Source of the DNA: an uncultured Alphaproteobacteria bacterium | GTDB taxonomy: Bacteria; Pseudomonadota; Alphaproteobacteria; Rhizobiales; Xanthobacteraceae | NCBI GenBank assembly: GCA_963806075.1 | Contig: CAWDWT010000023.1 | Coordinates: 2,763-66,762 of the forward strand | Reading direction: 5' to 3' | DNA length: 64,000 nucleotides | In this document: in pieces, positions 1-8,039 of the stretch | How positions within the stretch are numbered: the first letter of the stretch is position 1 | How the letters are laid out: each line of letters starts with the position of its first letter | Notes under the pieces: model-generated | What the model was told of the DNA's origin: nothing | What the model saw: only the letters and a program-made list of their open reading frames with translations | Database searches by the model: none | Made by a program: the position numbers and the translations under genes

Positions 1-251
1 TCGACGCGCCGGCCAAGCCCGGCTGCGGCGCGGCGCGAGAACGTCGCCAGCATGATGCGCTTCGGATCGGCGCCGGCGAGGATCAGCGCCGCGACCCGGT
101 GCGCGAGCATCGCCGTCTTGCCGGAGCCCGCGCCGGCGATGACGAGCAGCGGGCCGGGACCGGCCGCCTCGCCGATCCCGTGCTCGACCGCGAGCATCTG
201 CTCGGGGTTGAGTTCGACTGCGGGCGCCGAACGAATCAGGGCGAGCGACAT
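1..251 (-). CDS. UvrD/Rep-family ATP-dependent DNA helicase, N-terminal part (runs off window edge)
   Basis: Manual translation from CAT 249-251: MSLALIRSAPAVELNPEQMLAVEHG...PLLVIAGAGSGKTAMLAHRVAALI...IMLATFSRRAA. Contains the Q motif, Walker A and motif Ia of SF1A helicases. Not in the ORF track. Confidence 0.9.
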   Translation of the reverse strand, partial: MSLALIRSAPAVELNPEQMLAVEHGIGEAAGPGPLLVIAGAGSGKTAMLAHRVAALILAGADPKRIMLATFSRRAAAGLGRRV

Positions 252-269
252 GGGGCTGACGCAACCATG

Positions 270-284
270 TTTCGCGCTTTGTTC
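270..284. promoter_or_regulatory. Putative alphaproteobacterial LexA (SOS) box
   Basis: TTTC-GCGCTTT-GTTC, one mismatch to GTTC-N7-GTTC, 18 bp upstream of the helicase start. Confidence 0.5.
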
Positions 285-349
285 GCAAGGGCGGTGGACG
301 CCGCGAAGGCGATTGCCTAGCGTGCTGAGCCGCTCCGAGGAGCCGTCCG

Positions 350-580
350 ATGGTCACGGTGAATATCCGCGCTGCGAAGGCAAACCTATCGAAGGTCCTC
401 GCGCGGGTCGAAGCCGGCGAGGAGATTGTCATCGCTCGCGGCAAGACGCCGGTGGCGCGGCTCACGCCTGTTCGCTCGCAGCCGGCGTCTCGCCGCTTTG
501 GAGCATTGAAAGGAATTGTAAGCGTCGGCCCCGAGTTTTTCCGGCCGCTCACAGAGTCGGACATCGGAGAGTGGGAATAG
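350..580 (+). CDS. Phd/YefM-family type II antitoxin (PIN-toxin-associated type)
   Basis: VNIRAAKANLSKVLARVEAGEEIVIARGKTPVARL is the Phd/YefM pattern; C-terminal RRFGALKG...EFFRPL; GAGGAG Shine-Dalgarno upstream. Confidence 0.9.
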   Translation: MVTVNIRAAKANLSKVLARVEAGEEIVIARGKTPVARLTPVRSQPASRRFGALKGIVSVGPEFFRPLTESDIGEWE

Positions 581-821
581 GCGGCTCGCCAGCAGGGCCC
601 ATACCAATAATTCTTATCATTCCTGTTATTATGTAAATTGATTTGCGCCCGACAATCGTCTTGGATAAAATCTTTTGGCGGCGGATATCCTGTGGCATGG
701 ACGATGTCCGATGCTGCCCATCGAACAGGAGACAGCCTCGGCACGCCAGCAGTCGGTAGACATGGTCAGGAGTTCCGCAGCATTGCGAAGTTATTAAAAC
801 GTATCGTGTGGAGTTTCTTCT

Positions 822-1076
822 ATGCGTGGCCGAACGCAGTCTTTGGCGGACCTAAGCCAGGATCTTCGTGAAACTGAAGGTTTTATCAGTATATTAGAAT
901 GCGCCAGCCGGGAGCTTAAGATCATCATCGATTGGGACGACTTCGTTCGGCCCGACCCCCAGCGCGGACGTCAGCTGACGTCCATTGCCGAGCAGCTCGC
1001 CATCGCGCCCATCAAGAGGACCGTGCTCGCGCGACGGATTGAACGGCTCCAGACAAAGTCCAAGGTGATGCGCTAG
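822..1076 (+). CDS. Hypothetical protein, 84 aa
   Basis: ORF in a lower-GC patch, GGAG about 8 nt upstream, terminator downstream; no recognisable family. Confidence 0.4.
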   Translation: MRGRTQSLADLSQDLRETEGFISILECASRELKIIIDWDDFVRPDPQRGRQLTSIAEQLAIAPIKRTVLARRIERLQTKSKVMR

Positions 1077-1205
1077 AAATGAAGCAGCGAGCGGAGCCGC
1101 ATCTTGCGTCTTGCCCGCAGCCGGAGGCGCGCCTCGCCGAGGCACGCTCGGACCGCATAGTGCCAAGGCTCATTGTGATTACTCGGCCAAGGAAAGACGC
1201 GTCTG

Positions 1206-1229
1206 GGGCTCGCATCGCGAGCCCTTTTT
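1206..1229 (+). terminator. Rho-independent terminator
   Basis: GGGCTCGC-ATC-GCGAGCCC followed by TTTTT. Confidence 0.7.
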
Positions 1230-1233
1230 GGCT

Positions 1234-1402
1234 CCCTGTTCCGCACCTGTTATGTCCCTGATAACCGCGTTTTGCCGCCCTGTTATCGTCGTGTTCCGCG
1301 TCTCGCCCGTTTTTCCGGTCACATCATTGGAATTTAAGGCGATTCTACCACACAGCAGGGTTGGAGACGCCCGATTCTCCCTGTTATCTCCCTGCTAGCA
1401 GG
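1234..1402. repeat. Cluster of CCCTG(T/A/C)T-type motifs
   Basis: Copies at 1234, 1246, 1256, 1278, 1379 and 1390; inverted copies at about 1353 and 1398. Confidence 0.6.
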
Positions 1403-1549
1403 CCCGCGACGCATCCCGCATTTGCAACAACGCCGACCGGCCCGACGGCGTGGCGCGGCATATTCTCGCTCCGCCGTCCAATTGCGGCGCCGGCGAAATG
1501 CCCCTATGGCTCGCCGGAATTCGATGAACGTCAAGGCGAGCCGCCGACT

Positions 1550-2594
1550 ATGAAAGCTCCGCGCAAATATTTCGAGCCGCTCGCCATCGGCGCGCCGCGC
1601 CCGCTCCTCGAACTGCCGTCGCGGCTCGAGCGCATGATCCATTTCGTGCCGCCGCACAACGAGAAAGTGCGGGCGAAGGCGGCCGAGCTCGCCGGCCAGG
1701 TCGACGTCATCCTCGGCAATCTCGAGGATGCGATCCCGGTCGAAGCCAAGATCGCCGCGCGCGAGGGCGTGATCGCCATGGCGAAGGCTGCCGACTTCGG
1801 CGCGACCGGCCTTTGGGTCCGCGTCAACGCGCTGAACTCGCCCTGGTTTCTCGACGACATGACGCGGCTCGTCGGCGAGATCGGCGACAAGCTCGACGTC
1901 GTGATGATCCCCAAGGTCGAGGGCGATTGGGACATCCATTTCGTCGATCAATATCTCGCGCTGCTCGAGGCGCGGCACCGGCTCAAGAGGCCAATTCTGG
2001 TGCACGCGATCCTGGAGACCGCGCAGGGCGTCAACAATGTCGCTTCGATCGCGGCGGCGTCCCCGCGCATGCACGGAATGAGCCTGGGTCCGGCCGATCT
2101 CGCGGCCTCGCGCGCGATGAAGACGACGCGCGTCGGCGGCGGCCATCCCGACTATAAGGTGCTCGCCGACGCCTCCGAGCCCGGCGCGGCGCGGCTCAGC
2201 GCCCAGCAGGATCCCTGGCACTACACGATCGCGCGCATGGTCGACGCCTGCGCGGCCAACGGCATCAAGCCGTTCTATGGACCGTTCGGCGATTTTTCCG
2301 ATCCGGCCGCCTGCGAGGCGCAGTTCCGCAACGCTTTCCTTCTCGGCTGCGTCGGCGCCTGGACCCTGCATCCGAGCCAGATCGCGATCGCCAAGAAGGT
2401 GTTTTCGCCCGACCCGGCCGAGGTCGCCTTCGCGCGCAAGATTCTGGCCGCCATGCCGGACGGCTCCGGCGCGGTGATGATCGACGGCAAGATGCAGGAT
2501 GACGCGACCTGGAAGCAGGCGCGCGTCATCGTCGAACTCGCGAAGCAAGGTCGCGGCGAGAGACGCCGAATATGCGGCGGTCTATCAGCTCTGA
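1550..2594 (+). CDS. mcl: Malyl-CoA/beta-methylmalyl-CoA/citramalyl-CoA lyase (CitE-like, Chloroflexus MMC type); +1 indel near the C-terminus
   Basis: [96 protein letters not shown]. After the indel near 2550 it ends [14 protein letters not shown]. Confidence 0.85.
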
Positions 2595-2648
2595 GCGAGC
2601 GGCGAATCGCGAATTGACGAGCCGCCAGCCTCGGTTTAGGTCAGATTC

Positions 2649-2982
2649 ATGACGACGCGCATGGCCAAATTCGACATCGGTCAGGTGGTTAAGCACCGCA
2701 TCTATCCGTTCCGGGGCGTCATTTTTGACGTCGATCCGACCTTCGCCAACACCGAGGAATGGTGGCGTTCGATCCCCGCGGAGATCCGTCCGTCCAAGGA
2801 CCAGCCGTTCTACCATCTCTATGCCGAAAACGCCGACAGCCAGTATATCGCCTATGTGTCGGAGCAGAATCTTCTGCCCGACGAATTCGGGGGAGCCGGT
2901 GCGCCATCCGCAGGTCAGCGAGACGTTCGAACGAACGCCCGACGGCCGATATCGCTTTCGCGGAAAATCGCTCGCGAGCTGA
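2649..2982 (+). CDS. hspQ: Heat shock protein HspQ (hemimethylated-DNA-binding YccV family); one indel near 2885
   Basis: AKFDIGQVVKHRIYPFRGVIFDVDP...KDQPFYHL.AEN...YIAYVSEQNL, continuing in another frame as SGEPVRHPQV. Confidence 0.9.
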
Positions 2983-3011
2983 GACGAGACGCTCGCCGAA
3001 GCCCCAACAAT

Positions 3012-3049
3012 AAAGGCGCGCCCGGGTCTCCGGACGCGCCTTTTCTTTT
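3012..3049. terminator. Bidirectional terminator between hspQ and ialB
   Basis: AAAGGCGCGCCCGG-GTCT-CCGGACGCGCCTTTTCTTTT between convergent genes. Confidence 0.75.
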
Positions 3050-3075
3050 GGCTCCGGATCGCCGGGAAGCGGACG

Positions 3076-3883
3076 CTACTGCTTTGGCTCGGCGGCTGGC
3101 GCGGCGGCAGGAGCAGCAGGAGCGGCAGGAGCGGCGGCTGAAGGCGCGGCGGCGCCGCCCTGCTGCTGTTGCAGCTCGAGCTGCTTGCGCTGCTCCTCGG
3201 CCTTCTTCTGCAGCTGCTGCTGCAGCTGCTGGCGTTGCTGCTCCAGAAGCTTGGGGTCGGTCGGCTTGCCGTCGAAGGACGGGCCGAAATCCTTCAGCGG
3301 GATGTTGAACGTCAACTCGCGGCCGGAGGGCGCGCCGCCGGGAACCCGCATCACGACGCTCAGCTTCTGGCCCTTTTTCAGGGACGCGAGCGTGCTCGCC
3401 CCAATTTCGATCTCGGCGGAGCAGGCGTTCTGGAAGCACATGTCATATTTGCCCTCGATCGGATCGCCCTTGTCGATGATGACACGGAAGCCGGGCTTTA
3501 ACATCATGCCGATCGGCAGCATCAGGAGGCGCAGCTTGCGCTTTTCTTCGCCGGCCTGTTCAAAGACGTTGATGCTGATCATCGGCGGCTGATCGGCGGA
3601 CGTCGCGAAGTCGCGCATGGTGGCGCAGGCGTCCTTGCCGGTGTTGGGCTCCTTGGCGCAGAACTTGGCCCATTGCGGCTCGGGCGACACGAGGTCGACT
3701 TTCGAGGGCGGGGCGGGCTGGCCAGGGGCAGGCTGGGCCCCGGGGGCAGGCTGGACCCCGGGGGCAGGCTGTGCGCCGGGCGGCGGGCTGCGCCGGCGCG
3801 TTTTGCGCCAACGCGGAGCCGGCGCCCACGGCGAGGCTCAATGCGAGCGCAGCGGCGCCCCAGCGCGTGACATGAAAACTCAT
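3076..3883 (-). CDS. Invasion-associated locus B (IalB) family protein; indel in the N-terminal low-complexity part
   Basis: Signal peptide (ORF 3560-3883) joined to WAKFC...CATMRD...MLPIGMMLKPG.RVIID...CFQNAC.AE and the FDGKPTDP + Gln-rich tail typical of Rhizobiales IalB. Confidence 0.85.
3714..3780 (-). repeat. 18-bp tandem repeat encoding an AQPAPG-like linker in IalB
   Basis: GGGGCAGGCTG(G) units repeated about 3 times with an 18-bp period. Confidence 0.7.
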
Positions 3884-4164
3884 TCGATCGTCCTTTCAGG
3901 CCATAGGAATTGATCGCGATCGCTTCGCAGTGGCGCGTCCAGCATCACTCGGCGCCTTCGGCTCGGCTTCGGCGAGCCTTCGGGCGGCAATATGACGCGA
4001 CGGCGCCGCTAACGGGCGTTTCTTCGTGCGCGCCCTCTTTCCACATCCGACGCGACAATCCAATAACAATTTCGTCGCGGCGCCGTCGCGGGGCTCTCTC
4101 CCGCCTTCGAAAAATGGCCGGCAGGCGAACAATCGGCGCAATTGTCGGGTGCTAAGCTCGAGCA

Positions 4165-5968
4165 ATGACAGGTTTTGCGATTCGTCTGGCGCTCAGCGCC
4201 GCTTTGCTGGTCGCAGCCGTAGCCGCCCGCGCCGAGATTGGCGAGCCGGTCGGCGCGATCGCGATGCATGGCGAGCCGGCGCTGCCGCCGGGCTTCGCGC
4301 ATCTTCCATACGTCAACCCCGACGCGCCCAAGGGCGGCCGGCTCGATCTCGCCTATCTCGGCGCGTTCGACAGCCTGAACCCCTACAACGTCAAGGCGCT
4401 GTCGACCGCGCAGGGCCTGATCGGCAACGTCTATCAGTCGCTGATGGCCCGGTCCGACGACGAGCCGTTCACGCTTTACGGGCTCATCGCAAAGAGCCTC
4501 GAGATCAACGAGGCTCGCGACAGGCTCGTCTTCCATCTCGATCCGGCGGCGCATTTCTCGGACGGCTCGCCAATCACCTCCGCCGATGTCCTCTTCACCT
4601 TCGATCTCCTGAAGGCGAAAGGCCGTCCGCAGCAGCGCGCTGCCTTCAGCCTGGTGAAATCCATTGACGCCCCGGACGACTGGACCGTTCGCTACGACCT
4701 CTCGGGCGCCAACGACCGGGAGCTGCCGCTGACGCTCGCGATCATGCCCGTGCTCTCGCGCGCCCACACCGACGCCGAGCATTTCGAGGATCAGACGCTG
4801 CAGATTCCGGTGGCGTCCGGGCCCTACCGCGTCGCGGAGGTCAAGCCCGGGGAGCGGCTCGTTCTCGAGCGCGATCCAAACTACTGGGGACGCGATCTGC
4901 CGATCTCGAAAGGCCTCTACAACTTCGACACGATCCGCATCGAGTATTTTCGCGACGCGACCGCCATGTTCGAGGCCTTCAAGGCGGGGCTCATCGACTT
5001 CCGTATCGAGGAGGACGCGACGCGCTGGCGGTCCGAATACAATTTCCCCGCCATCAAGGATGGCCGCATCGTCAAGGACACGATTCCAAACGGCCTGCCG
5101 AAAGGCGTCTCGGGCTTCGCCTTCAACACGCGCCGCGCGCTCTTTGCCGACCCGCGCGTGCGCGAGGCGCTAGCCTCGATGTTCGACTTCGAGTGGATCA
5201 ACGCCAACCTCTACGCCGGCGCGTTCAAACGCTCCGAGGGCTTCTTCGACGACAGCGAATTGTCGTCGATCGGCCGGCCGGCCTCAAGCCACGAGCGCGC
5301 GCTGCTCGCGCCCTTCCCCGGCGCGGTGCGCGACGATGTGATGGAGGGCCAGTGGCGGGCGCCGGCGTCCGACGGGACGGGGCGCGACCGCTCCCTCGCC
5401 CGCGCCGCGATCGACAAGCTGGAGGCGGCAGGCTACGCGCTCAAGGACGGGCGCCTCGTCGATCGCAGCGGCAACCCGTTCGCCTTCGAGATCACGGTCA
5501 AGAACCGCGAGGAAGAGCGCCTCGCGCTTGCCTATGCCCGCAATCTCGCCCGGATCGGGGTCACGGCGAATGTGCGGCTGGTCGACGAGGTCCAGTTTCA
5601 GCGGCGGCGCACGCGGTTCGATTTCGACATGATGATCGGCACGTGGACCGCCTCGCCCTCGCCCGGCAACGAGCAGCGCGGCCGCTGGAGCTCGGCCGCG
5701 GCCAATGCCGAAGGCGCCTACAACATCTCCGGCGCGGCCTCGCCGGCGATCGACGCGATGATCGCGGCCATTCTGGCGGCGCAGGAGCAAGGAGGATTTC
5801 GTCGCCGCGGTGCGCGCGCTCGACCGGGTGTTGATCTCCGGCTTCTACATCGTGCCTCTTTACTATGCGCCCGAGCAGTGGATCGCCTATTCGAGCAAGC
5901 TCGGCCGGCCCGAGAGGACGCCGCTGTTCGGCGTCGATCTCGCCGCCTGGTGGAGGCGCGAGCCGTAA
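4165..5968 (+). CDS. ABC family-5 extracellular solute-binding protein (YejA-like); indel near 5790
   Basis: AIAMHGEPALPPGFAHLPYVNPDAPKGG, FDSLNP, DEPFTLYGLIA, FNTRR.LF.DPRVREAL...FDFEWIN. The shifted frame gives VRALDRVLISGFYIVPLY...AAWWRREP* ending at TAA 5966-5968. Confidence 0.9.
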
Positions 5969-6063
5969 CTTCTGGTTCGTCCGCTCTTGCGCGTGCGCTC
6001 TGGCGGCGCCAGCTTAAAGGGCCATCATTGTCGGGCGCGGGGCGGCGAAGACGGGAGAACGGC

Positions 6064-6726
6064 ATGACGGAGACCGACGAAACCCTGGTCATCGACATCG
6101 TCAGCGACGTCGTCTGTCCCTGGTGCTATCTCGGCGAGAAGCGCCTCGACGCGGCGCTTGCCGACGAGCCACAGCCGGTCGTCCTGCGCTGGCGCCCCTA
6201 CCAGCTCGATCCGACAATCCCGGAGGGCGGGCTCGACCGCCGGGAGTACATGGAGAAGAAGTTCGGCAAGTCCGACCGGCTGAAGGCCGTCCACGACAAT
6301 CTCGTTCGGCTGGGCGCCGAAGTCGGCCTCCCCTTCGCCTTCGACAGGATCAAGCGCGCGCCGAACACGCTCGACGCCCATCGCCTCATCCGCTGGTCGG
6401 AAACGGCTGGCGCGCAACGCGACGTCGTCGACCGGTTGTTCAAGGCCTATTTCGTCGAAGGACGCGACATCGGCGACCGCGCCGTGCTGATCGACATCGC
6501 CAGAGAGAGCGGGCTCGACGCCGGCCTCGTCGAAAAGCTCCTCAGCGAGGACGTGGACAAGGACGCCGTGCGGCGCGAGATCGCCGAGGCGCAGGCGATC
6601 GGCGTGACGGGCGTGCCGTTCTTCATCTTCGCAGGCCGCCTCGCCGTGCCCGGCGCGCAGGACGCGGAAGTGTTGCGCCGCGCGATGGCTGAGGCGCGAC
6701 AGGCGATGAAGGAGGCGGCGGCGTAA
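6064..6726 (+). CDS. DsbA/FrnE-family oxidoreductase
   Basis: IDIVSDVVCPWCYLG, PNTLDAHRLI, GVTGVPFF, PGAQ; own RBS (GGGAGA) and ATG at 6064. Confidence 0.9.
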   Translation: MTETDETLVIDIVSDVVCPWCYLGEKRLDAALADEPQPVVLRWRPYQLDPTIPEGGLDRREYMEKKFGKSDRLKAVHDNLVRLGAEVGLPFAFDRIKRAPNTLDAHRLIRWSETAGAQRDVVDRLFKAYFVEGRDIGDRAVLIDIARESGLDAGLVEKLLSEDVDKDAVRREIAEAQAIGVTGVPFFIFAGRLAVPGAQDAEVLRRAMAEARQAMKEAAA

Positions 6727-6760
6727 GCTCCTGAATCCGCCGGAAAGAGCCCGAGTTCGC

Positions 6761-7257
6761 ATGACGACGCCCCTTCCCCATCCGCGCGGCGGCCTCTATT
6801 TCGAGGACTTCTCCGTCGGCCACGTCTTCCGCCATCGCCTGACCCGCACCGTCACGCAGATGGACAACATGCTGTTCTCCAACATGACGCTCAATCCGCA
6901 GCCGCTGCATATCGATGCGCATTTCTGCGCGACCGAGACGGAATGGGGCCGGCCGCTGATGAACTCGCTCTTCACCCTCGGCCTCATGATCGGCATTTCG
7001 GTCAACGACACCACGGTCGGCACGACCATCGCCAATCTCGGCATGACCGACGTGGCGTCTTCCCGGCGCCGCTGTTCGAGGGCGACACGGTTCGCGCCGA
7101 AACGGAAGTGCTGTCGGTCCGGGCCTCGAAGTCGCGGCCCGACGCGGGCCTGGTCGAATTCCGCCACCGGGCGTTCAAGCAGGACGGCACGCTGGTCGCC
7201 GAGTGCCGCCGCACCGCCTTCATGCGCCGGCGCGGGCCAGAAGTGCTTTCGGCCTGA
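6761..7257 (+). CDS. MaoC-family (R)-enoyl-CoA hydratase; indel near 7055
   Basis: GLYFEDF.VG..FRH...RTVTQMDNMLFSNMTLNPQPLHID...FPAPLFEGDTV..ETEV. Confidence 0.88.
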
Positions 7258-7259
7258 CG

Positions 7260-7975
7260 TTGCGCTCGCTCATCATCGCGCCGGGCGACGACGAGGCGAG
7301 GCTTCAGGCGGCGCTCGAGAGCGGCGCCGACGCGGTCGTGATCGATCTCGTCGTTGCGCCCGGCGCGAGGGCGGCGGCGCGGGCGAACGCGGCGCGTCTC
7401 CTCGCGAAGAGCGCAAAGCCTTGCCCCCGCGCTGATGGTCCGGGTGAGTCCGCTTGGCGACGCCGAGACCGATGCCGATCTCGACGCCGTCATCGGGCAG
7501 GCGCCCTTCGCGATCGTGCTGCCCCAGGCGCTCAAGGCCGGGATCGAGCAGCTCTCCGCCAGGCTCGCCGTCCGCGAGGCGCTCGGCGGCCTCGAGGACG
7601 GTTCGACCCGCATCGTCGCAGTCGCCGACACGGCCGCGGCGCTGATCGGCCTGGCGGGGGCCAGGGAGATGAGCGCGCGGCTGATCGGCCTCGCCTGGGA
7701 CGCCGAGGCTTTGCGGGCGGACATCGGCGCCGAGACTTGCCGGGACGAGTCCGGCGCCTATGCCGGGCCCTGGCGTCTCGCGCGCGACCTCACGCTTCTC
7801 GCGGCGACCGCCGCGGGCGTCGCGGCGATCGATGCGGCTTCGACCGACCTTCGTGATCCCGAGCGCCTGCGCGCCGAGGCGCTTTGCCGCGCGCCGCGAC
7901 GGCTTCGCCGCGAAGTTCGCCACCGACCCGGAGCAGGTGAAGATCATCAACGAGGTTTTCCACGCCCGCTGCTGA
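7260..7975 (+). CDS. Degenerate CitE/HpcH-family lyase homologue; two or more indels
   Basis: LRSL..APGDD...SGADAVVIDL, MVRV, RDESG.Y..PWRLAR, ARRDGF.AK...QV.IINEVF; metal-ligand motifs are altered. Confidence 0.75.
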
Positions 7976-8039
7976 CGGACTGGAGCGTCCTGCGAAGGGA
8001 TGGAGCCCACCGCCCCTACCCTCGCCTCTCCAGTCAAAC

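Noticed and set aside
4165-6726. 853-aa SBP-DsbA fusion in the ORF track
   Set aside because: An indel near 5790 bypasses the true SBP end (TAA 5966-5968), and the DsbA gene has its own RBS and ATG.
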